In this document: one piece after another, positions 50,156 through 64,000 of the stretch
Position numbering within the stretch: position 1 is the first letter of the stretch
How the letters are laid out: each line of letters starts with the position of its first letter
Source: the human T2T-CHM13v2.0 reference genome, Homo sapiens
Direction: 5' to 3' (one strand)
DNA length: 64,000 nucleotides
Assembly: GCF_009914755.1 (NCBI RefSeq)
Contig: NC_060925.1
Made by a program: the position numbers and the translations under genes
The notes under the pieces: generated by a model
What the model saw: the letters and a program-made list of their open reading frames with translations, nothing else
Databases searched by the model: none
What the model was told of the DNA's origin: nothing

Positions 50156-50321
50156 CAGGGCTGGAACTAGGGTGAGACAAGTGAGACTTTTAAGGGAGGG
50201 AGGTGCTCACTCTCAGGGTCACACGATTATCAACCTTGAACTTTCATAACCCCAAGAGTGAGTATGTCCTTCAATTCTGCACTTCAGGGGCCTTACTTGC
50301 TTCACTCTTGTCTGAGCCCTG
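50156..50321. mobile_element. MER96-like palindromic hAT MITE
   Basis: CAGGGCTGGAACTAGGGTGAG...ctcactctcagggtc...gagtgagt...cttcactcttgtctgagCCCTG; self-complementary. Confidence 0.75.
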
Positions 50322-50811
50322 AATAGGAGAAAGTCAAGGAGGCAAATAGGTAAAGAGGTGGTTTGGGAAAGGTCTGAATCTTCTATTTGACAGATATTTC
50401 CAGTAATTCTTATTTTCCTCCTGATTTTAATAGGAATATCTCTAGTCAGTAGAGAGTCTGGTATATCAGTGTTGTAATTTTATTTTAGAGTGGTATTCTT
50501 TAGTATATTACAGAGCCATTCTATTATTTCTAGCTCTCTTAGAGTTTCTTAAACCAGGAATGGAAGTTGACTTTAACAAATGCTTTTCTGTCATCTATTG
50601 AAATAATTATATAGGATGTTTTTTCTTTTTTAATATACTAACATGCATAGAGCTATATTCTATTAATAGATGTACTAATATCAAACCATCATTTATTTTA
50701 GGAATACATCTAACCAGGCCATTGTTAATTATTCTTTTGAATTTTCACTAAATTATATGAGTATTTTATATAGGATACTTACATCCTCTTCTGTATATGT
50801 GATTGGTTATA

Positions 50812-51142
50812 CAGTGGTCCCTCTTATCCATGATTTTGCTTTCTGCACTTTCAGTTATTCACAGTACAGTACAATAAGATATTTTGAGAGAGAACAAGAG
50901 AAAGAGTGAGCGAGAACACCCATTTGTATGATCTTTATTATAGTATATTGTTATACTTGTTCTATTTTATTTTTTGTTATTGATGCTAATCTCTTACTGT
51001 GCCTAATTTATAAATTAAACTTTATCATAGGTATGTATGTATGGGAGGAAACATATTATTTATAGGGTTCAATATTATCTGCAGTTTCAGGCAGCCACAA
51101 AGAGCCTTGGAACACATTCTCTGTGAATAACAGGGGACTATG
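50812..51142 (+). mobile_element. MER44A-like Tigger MITE
   Basis: TA-flanked; cagtggtccctcttatcc...cagtacaataagatattttgagagag...ggggacta. Confidence 0.8.
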
Positions 51143-51747
51143 TAATTTTCTTTCTTATATTGCAATTGTCAGATCCTAGTGTCAGATTTTTGCCATATTT
51201 ATTAAATGAATTAAGTAGATTTTTTGATATGGGGATTACTAGTCTTTGGAAGTTTAAAATAAATACTTTATAAAACTCCCTGGACCCAGAGCCTTTTGGG
51301 GAAGGTCAATCATTAACATTTCCAAACCTTAATTCACGTTTTTATAAATTTATTAGAGTCCATTTTCTTTATTTCCAGATAATTATTAGTTCACTGACAT
51401 TTAAATATATATAAAGTTATTTATGATATTTTAATTACAATATGTACTTTAGTTGTTTTAGTCCATTTCTCATTATTTAATTTGCTTATTTAAATACTTC
51501 TCTCTTTTGTTCTCAAAATTGTTAGGCTTATCTATATTTTTTAGAGAAACATCTCTCAGATTTTTTCTTTTAACTTATTTTTGTTTCCTAATTAAATGTT
51601 TTGCTTTCATCTTTAAAAGACGCGTAATTTCTTTGTTTCACAGATAATACATGCCCCTTGTAGAAAAACTGAAAATACAGATAATGTAAAAGAAACTAAA
51701 TAAAAAGTCATCTATAATTTCATCACTCAGAAATAAACACTATTAAC

Positions 51748-52048
51748 TTTTTGTTTTTTAATTTTTTGAGACGGAGTCACGCCCTGTTGCCCAGTCTGGA
51801 ATGCAGTGGCACAATCTTGACTCACTGCAACCTCTGCCTCCTGGGTTCAAGCGATTCTCCTGCCACAGCCTCTGAGTAGCTGGAATTACAGGTGCCTGCC
51901 ACCATGTCTGGATAATTTTTGTATTTTTAGTAGAGATGGGATTTCACCATGTTGGCCAGGCTGGTCTTGAACTCCTGACCTCAAGTGATCCACCTGCCTC
52001 AGCCTCCCAAAGTGCTGGGATTACAGGCGTGAGCCAACGTGTCCAGCT
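51748..52048 (-). mobile_element. AluSz/Sx-like
   Basis: Antisense Alu consensus. Confidence 0.9.
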
Positions 52049-52463
52049 GCATGATAGCTTTTAAATATTTTTTATTGTTGGAGATACAGTTGTTCTAAAT
52101 TTTTGCTATTGTAAACATTGTGTTATTTAATACTACTACTAGTTAATATGGAGTTTCTTACAGTTCTTGAATTCATTACTCTCTTTACTGCTTTTTTAGT
52201 AATTAAAACATTTAGTCTACGATTCGTTTCCATGTATAATATTGTCCACATTTAATATATTTTTATATATAATGTTCTCATATTCTAATTGCATTTTTTA
52301 TATTCTCTTTGAAATTCATTTTTCAATCTCCAGTGGCTTGGCTTTTTCTTGTAGTTTAAACATAAAACAGATGTATTTCTAGGTTTATTGTGTTATAGTC
52401 AGAAAATATATTTGGTACAATTATTACCTCAGGAAAATTATTTAGTTTTTCACCTTTTATATA

Positions 52464-52806
52464 CAGTCACATACCACATAATGATGTTTTGGTCAATGAC
52501 GTACGACATTTATGACAGTGGTCCTGTAAGATTATAATACTATACTTTTACTGTACCTTTTTATGTTTAGATATGTTTCAATACACAAATAGTTACAGTT
52601 GTATTACAATTACATATAGTATTCGGTACAGCACCATGCTGTACAGGTTTGTAGCCTCGGAGCCAGAAGCTATACCTAGGTGTGTAGTAGGCTATACTAT
52701 CTAGGTTTATGTAAATACACTCTATGATGTATGCACGATGATGAAATTGCCTAAGGATGCATTTCTCAGACTGTATCTCTGTCATTAGTTAAGCAACCCA
52801 TGACTG
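52464..52806 (+). mobile_element. Tigger3a (MER7A)-like MITE
   Basis: TA|CAGTCA...catgctgtacaggtttgtagcct...CATGACTG|TA. Confidence 0.8.
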
Positions 52807-53112
52807 TATTATTTTGTTTTAGGTATTCTCTTAAAGGCAAATGAATAGATTTTGTTTTCTTACCCGAGCTAAGTTTTTGTATTTTAATTGAGCAATAAAA
52901 ATGTTTACTTTCATTATTGTAACCATTTAACTCTTTCTAACTTCTCTCATCTTGCTTTATGTTTCTGCTTTTTCTGTTTCCTTTTATATATAAACTATGA
53001 TTAGTTATTGTGAACTTAAAAAACATCATACATATTAGAATCATGGCCCTTCTGTGCCTCATCTTCAGCTTCATTGAAAACTGAACTTACCTCTTAACTT
53101 TTAAAACCGGAG

Positions 53113-53290
53113 GGCCAGGCACAGCGGTGCATGCCTGTAGTCCCAACTACTTGGGAGGCTGCAGCAGGAGGATCACTTGAGCCCAGGAGTCTGAGGATCA
53201 CTTGAGCCCAGGAGTGTGATTGTATTACTGCATTCCAGCTGGGGCAACAGAGTGAGACTCTTTCTCTAAAAAAAATAAATAAACAAAAAT
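53113..53290 (+). mobile_element. Old Alu monomer (FRAM/FLAM-like) with an internal duplication
   Basis: ggaggatcacttgagcccaggag, AluJ/monomer-type. Confidence 0.75.
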
Positions 53291-54192
53291 ATTTTTTAAA
53301 AAACTGGTTATAATTCCCCTCCCCACTATTTAACACAGAAATTTCTGGAGGCTTCTTTCTACCAAAACACCTACTCTTTAAATATAGGCTTCTATCATCT
53401 CTTGCCTGGACTCTTAATTAAGTGAGAACATTTTAACAGTTCTCTTTTCTTTTGGTTTTGCCATTCTTCAAAACAGTGTTAAGAGAGATCTCTTTTAAGT
53501 CATTTTTCTCTGCTTCAAATCCATCCAACTCTCCCTGTTGCTTTTAGCATGTCACATATTTTAGACTGTCACATAGGTCGACAGCCCCATCTTCAAACGC
53601 TCACCCATTCTGAATGTCTTATCAATTTTAGAAGCATCATGTTTCCTTAGACTTCCAAGCCTTTGCACGTGCCATTCTCTTAATCCCTCATCTGCCATGT
53701 CAACTGCTCATCATTCTTTATGTTGCTGCTTAAATGTTGATAGAGTTGGGGCACTCCTCATCTGCATGCCCGGAGACTCTCAAACAAAGCTACCTTATGC
53801 CTTCTGTCTTATGGTATTATAATTACTTATGTGTTTGTCTTTACCTTTATATTATGAAATCGGTGGGGGAAAGGAGCTGACACTTGAACACCCTGTCTTA
53901 ATTATCTTTGAAACCTCAGTGCCTAGCACAGTTACTGATATATAGTAAGTCCAAGGTAATATTTGCTGACTAAAAGCTTACCGAATGAAAGAATGAATGA
54001 GATTAGATGAAACTCCATTATAATTTTCACTTTGTCAAGCAGCTGCAATTTTAAGAATATTGCTTTTTTCTGTCTTAATAAGTCATGATTTAATACTTAT
54101 TTAACAACTACCATGTGGGTCAGGTACTAGGTTAAATGTTGTGGATACAATGATTAACACGGTAGATTCGAGCTAGCCTTTATAGAGCTTAA

Positions 54193-54588
<396 letters not shown>

Positions 54589-54918
54589 TAACAGGCAAGT
54601 ATAAGACAATGTTCTCAAAAATCTCTGACTTTCAGAGATCACTCTATCCTCTAATATTCAAAATAAATATAGTTTAATCAGTCCTTCAAACTGAGATCCA
54701 GTGCACCTTCCCTTTCAATATCTCCTGGTTCTGAAGTAGCTTTTCTCTCTATTTCTTGTCCTGATGGCAAATTTCAGTTGCATTCTCATTTTAACTCTGC
54801 ATTTCACTCACTTTTTGCATTTATCATCTGCTTTTTTCATTGCTTCCTTCTCCATTTTTGATCCTAGTCAACCCCTGTACCATCACAGAAGCCTGTTGTG
54901 AGCTTCATTTCACTGCAG

Positions 54919-55225
<307 letters not shown>

Positions 55226-55730
55226 TTTACTTTAGTTTTTCAGAACTCTGACTTTGCATATATTAAGCACTCTCATTCTATCCTCCAATATCTACCTTAC
55301 ATTTAATCTTTAATATTTTCCACCAGCTTATATTTTTAAACTTTACTCTGGATAGTTTCTTCAGATACAGCTTCTATCTTGCTAATTCTCTTTCTTTTGC
55401 CAATCCATAGAGTTAATTTTGATGACTGTATTTTTCATTTCTAAAAAGTACTATTTGGTCCTTTTTATTTTTATTTTTATTTTATTTTATTTTTTATTTT
55501 TTATTTTTTTTAATTATTTTTTTTTATTATACTTTAAGTTTTAGGGTACATGTGCACATTGTGCAGGTTAGTTACATATGTATACATGTGCCATGCTGGT
55601 ACGCTGCACCCACTAACTCATCATCTAGCATTAGGTATATCTCCCAATGCTATCCCTCCCCCCTCCCCCCACCCCACCACAGTCCCCAGAGTGTGATATT
55701 CCCCTTCCTGTGTCCATGTGATCTCATTGT

Positions 55731-59557
<3,827 letters not shown>

Positions 59558-59620
59558 TATGATGTTAGCTGGTGATTTTGCTCGTTAGTTGATGCAGTTT
59601 CTTCCTAGTCTTGATGGTCT

Positions 59621-60637
59621 TTACATTTTGGCATGATTTTGCAGCGGCTGGTACCGGTTGTTCCTTTCCATGTTTAGCGCTTCCTTCAGGAGCTCTTTTA
59701 GGGCAGGCCTGGTGGTGACAAAATCTCTCAGCATTTGCTTGTGTGTAAAGGATTTTATTTCTCCTTCACTTATGAAGCTTAGTTTGGCTGGATATGAAAT
59801 TCTGGGTTGAAAATTCTTTTCTTTAAGAATGTTGAATATTGGCCCCCACTCTCTTCTGGCTTGTAGGGTTTCTGCCGAGAGATCCGCTGTTAGTCTGATG
59901 GGCTTCCCTTTGAGGGTAACCCGACCTTTCTCTCTGGTTGCCCTTAACATTTTTTCCTTCATTTCAACTTTGGTGAATCTGACAATTATGTGTCTTGGAG
60001 TTGCTCTTCTCGAGGAGTATCTTTGTGGCGTTCTCTGTATTTCCTGAATCTGAACGTTGGCCTGCCTTGCTAGGTTGGGGAAGTTCTCCTGGATAATATC
60101 CTGCAGAGTGTTTTCCAACTTGGTTCCATTCTCCGCATCACTTTCAGGTACACCAATCAGACGTAGATTTGGTCTTTTCACATAGTCCCATATTTCTTGG
60201 AGGCTTTGCTCGTTTCTTTTTATTCTTTTTTCTCTAAACTTCCCTTCTCACTTCATTTCATTCATTTCATCTTCCATTGCTGATACCCTTTCTTCCAGTT
60301 GATCGCATCGGCTCCTGAGGCTTCTGCATTCTTCACGTAGTTCTCGAGCCTTGGTTTTCAGCTCCATCAGCTCCTTTAAGCACTTCTCTGTATTGGTTAT
60401 TCTAGTTATACATTCTTCTAAATTTTTTTCAAAGTTTTCAACTTCTTTGCCTTTGGTTTGAATGTCCTCCCGTAGCTCAGAGTAATTTGATCGTCTGAAG
60501 CCTTCTTCTCTCAGCTCGTCAAAATCATTCTCCATCCAGCTTTGTTCCATTGCTGGTGAGGAACTGCGTTCCTTTGGAGGAGGAGAGGCGCTCTGCGTTT
60601 TAGAGTTTCCAGTTTTTCTGTTCTGTTTTTTCCCCAT
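59621..60637 (-). pseudogene. L1 ORF1p with a premature stop (R130*)
   Basis: 1017 nt (full length), MGKKQNRK...NHAKM; single TGA at 60248-60250 where the consensus has CGA (CpG transition). Confidence 0.93.
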
Positions 60638-61547
60638 CTTTGTGGTTTTATCTACTTTTGGTCTTTGATGATGGTGATGTACAGATGGGTTTTCGGTGTG
60701 GATGTCCTTTCTGTTTGTTATTTTTCCTTCTAACAGACAGGACCCTCAGCTGCAGGTCTGTTGGAATACCCTGCCGTGTGAGGTGTCAGTGTGCCCCTGC
60801 TGGGGGGTGCCTCCCAGTTAGGCTGCTCGGGGGTCAGGGGTCAGGGACCCACTTGAGGAGGCAGTCTGCCCGTTCTCAGATCTCCAGCTGCCTGCTGGGA
60901 GAACCACTGCTCTCTTCAAAGCTGTCAGACAGGGACATTTAAGTCTGCAGAGGTTACTGCTGTCTTTTTGTTTGTCTGTGCCCTGCCCCCAGAGGTGGAG
61001 CCTACAGAGGCAGGCAGGCCTCCTTGAGCTGTGGTGGGCTCCACCCAGTTCGAGCTTCCTGGCTGCTTTGTTTACCTAAGCAAGCCTGGGCAATGGCGGG
61101 CGCCCCTCTGCTAGCCTTGCTGCCGCCTTGCAGTTTGATCTCAGACTGCTGTGCTAGCAATCAGCGAGATTCCGTGGGCGTAGGACCCTCCGAGCCAGGT
61201 GTGGGATATAGTCTCGTGGTGCACCGTTTTTTAAGCTGGTCTGAAAAGCGCAATATTCGGGTGGGAGTGACCCGATTTTCCAGGTGCGTCCGTCACCCCT
61301 TTCTTTGACTCCGAAAGGGAACTCCCTGACCCCTTGAGCTTCCCAGGTGAGGCAATGCCTCGCCCTGCTTCGGCTCGCGCACAGTGCGCGCACCCACTGG
61401 CCTGCGCCCACTGTCTGGCACTCCCTAGTGAGATGAACCCGGTACCTCAGATGGAAATGCAGAAATCACCCGTCTTCTGCGTCGCTCCGCTCACGCTGGG
61501 AGCTGTAGACCAGAGCTGTTCCTATTCAGCCATCTTGGCTCCTCCCC
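60638..61547. promoter_or_regulatory. L1 5'UTR: sense promoter (- strand, YY1 core AAGATGGC near 61529-61536) and antisense promoter (about 60950-61150, firing on +)
   Basis: CpG-rich complete 5'UTR; promoter positions are taken from established L1HS/L1PA2 biology; activity at this locus is not shown. Confidence 0.7.
61093..61308 (+). CDS. LINE-1 ORF0 (71 aa, antisense 5'UTR ORF), intact
   Basis: GCAATGG Kozak context; MAGAPLLALLPPCSLISDCCASNQRDSVGVGPSEPGVGYSLVVHRFLSWSEKRNIRVGVTRFSRCVRHPFL*; splice donors CAG|GTGTGG after nt 106 (61198) and CAG|GTGCGT after nt 191 (61283). Confidence 0.85.
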   Translation: MAGAPLLALLPPCSLISDCCASNQRDSVGVGPSEPGVGYSLVVHRFLSWSEKRNIRVGVTRFSRCVRHPFL

Positions 61548-62015
61548 AAAAGTACTATTTGGTCCTTTTTAAAATTTGCCTAATCATTCTAATATAATTT
61601 TATGTTGTTTCTTGTAAGATTTTATTTTAAAATATTGAAATAATCAAATATTTATATTCTGCATCTGATAATTGTAATATTGTTCTGGTTGTTTGTATCA
61701 TATTTCCTGATTTTTTTCTAGATGTATTTACCATTACAAACATTTTGAGTTCACAGTAGCTGGACTTCATCTATACCAACCCTAAAGGCATAAATTGGCA
61801 CAGTTTTCCTCTAGAGAGTAGTCATGTCTATCTTCCTTAAGCTATGAGATGCTACTGATCTAGAACCACTCTAGTCCCCTTAGAAAGTATTGGCTTAATA
61901 TGAGAGACTCAGATTTCTTTCCCACTCCTATGCCATCAAATCTTCCGAACTCATCATATGAAAGTGTCTGCCCCAAGGTTACCTGACTTTGAAATTTACT
62001 TGCAGGTGACTCCTC

Positions 62016-62304
<289 letters not shown>

Positions 62305-63037
62305 TCATTGTTTTGCTCATTTTGTTTTCATTGTCCTTGCAAGATTTTCATCACTTTCTTGGAATCCAGAAATGCATTACAATTTATGTGTTCATCTTTT
62401 CCAGGATCTAATTGTATTACAGCAAGAAGATTCTTGAGAACAGCTAATTTGCAATCCTGCTGAAAGCGGAAGTCTCATTTCTTCTTTTATTTCAATAATA
62501 TTTCCAAATTTATTACATTATGATCAGAAAATGGCATCTGTTCTATTTCTACTGTTTAAACTTTATTGGGAATCTCTTTGTGACCTAATATATGGTGAAT
62601 TTGAAAAATGCACGGACTTTGAAAATAAAATATATTATCTTTTTTATAATATAGAGCTCAAAGTTTCTTCTTTAATAGTTAAGATTTTTAGATTTTCTAT
62701 AACTTTTTTTAAAAAAACAGAAAACATTTATTTCTCAAGGGCTGAGGTAAATTTGAACAACAAAAATCTTTAAAATATGTTTTATCATGCTTATATTTAT
62801 ATTTCCTATAATGGAAGATTGCTTTATGAAGTTTGATGCTAAGGTAATGGTTAATAGATATTCATGACTTAAATCTTCTTGTCTATAGTATTCTTCTTTG
62901 TGTTATTTATTTTATTTGCCCTTTATTCAACCTTTTGTGAAATCAAGATTAATACCTTGCTAAGTTTTATATGCATTTTCTTAGTGACTCTTCACCATTT
63001 TTTTTTCTTACTTTCAAATTAACAAATTTGATTAAGA

Positions 63038-63477
<440 letters not shown>

Positions 63478-63559
63478 TTAGATTTAGTGTCAGAATGTGG
63501 CTGGGATTTCTCTGTCCTCCAAATCAGAGGGCCATTTTCTTTCCTTTTAAAAAAAAAAG

Positions 63560-64000
63560 TTAACCTTTGCCTTTGAGACAATTGTAAATTCACATGCAGT
63601 TATAAAAAAAAAAAAACAAAGAAATTCTATGTTAACTCAATACCAACATCTTGCAGAACTAGAGTACAATATCACAGCCAGGATGTTGACCTTGATACAA
63701 GCCATCAGTCTTATTCGGGTTTTCCCAAATTTACTTTGTGTGTGTGTGTGTCTGTGTGTAGTTAGGTCTATGCTAGTTTATGACGTGCAGTTTCATGTAT
63801 CTCCCACCACAGCCAACACACAGAACAGTTCCATCTCCCTAAATATCCCTTATGTTGCCCTTTTATAACCACATTCACTTCTATTCTACCACACTCCCCT
63901 CACACCATCCCTAACTTCTGCCAACCATTAATCTGTTTGCCGTTTCTATAATTTTGTCATTTCAAGAATATTATATAAATGGAGTGATACTGTTATGTCA
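63560..64000 (-). mobile_element. Old L1M 3' region with (TG)n
   Basis: caatatcacagccaggatgttgac...ccaaccattaatctgtt...ttttgtcatttcaagaatattatataaatgga. Confidence 0.7.

Overview
Primate (very likely human) AT-rich intronic DNA from the 5' part of SPATA17, an IQ-motif testis/cilia gene on the + strand. Four internal coding exons are present: 13890-13979, 16106-16187, 34044-34094 and 48270-48373. All have canonical AG/GT ends, and they splice in frame into a 327-nt segment encoding three IQ motifs. Exon 1 and the exons after these lie outside the window. The rest is mostly transposon-derived: about 31 Alus or Alu monomers, old L1M/L2/MIR pieces, several LTRs (MER4-, THE1-, MST-, MLT1-, MER67/31- and LTR27/28/MER52-like) and DNA-transposon MITEs (MER96, MER44A, Tigger3a). 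There is also a full-length ~6.1 kb L1PA2-type LINE-1 on the - strand (55467-61547) with a 23-bp TSD. That L1 cannot retrotranspose (ORF1 R130*; ORF2 C48*, a 1-bp deletion near codon 611, and S763*). It does keep an intact antisense ORF0 (61093-61308) in the host-gene direction, and the second ORF0 splice donor has the same phase (2) as SPATA17 intron 5. This predicts an in-frame ORF0-SPATA17 C-terminal fusion and a possible 'gene-breaking' split at the IQ-domain boundary, which is the best candidate for an undescribed system here. It is inference, not demonstrated expression. Other notable items are a composite templated-insertion scar at 9068-9151, an in-frame tandem acceptor that would delete the 'IQ' of IQ motif 3, and candidate recursive splice sites. 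Apart from the L1 ORFs, nothing in the ORF track is a real gene (mostly Alu/LTR-derived or random ORFs). Repeat subfamily names are from recalled consensus sequences and repeat boundaries are approximate.
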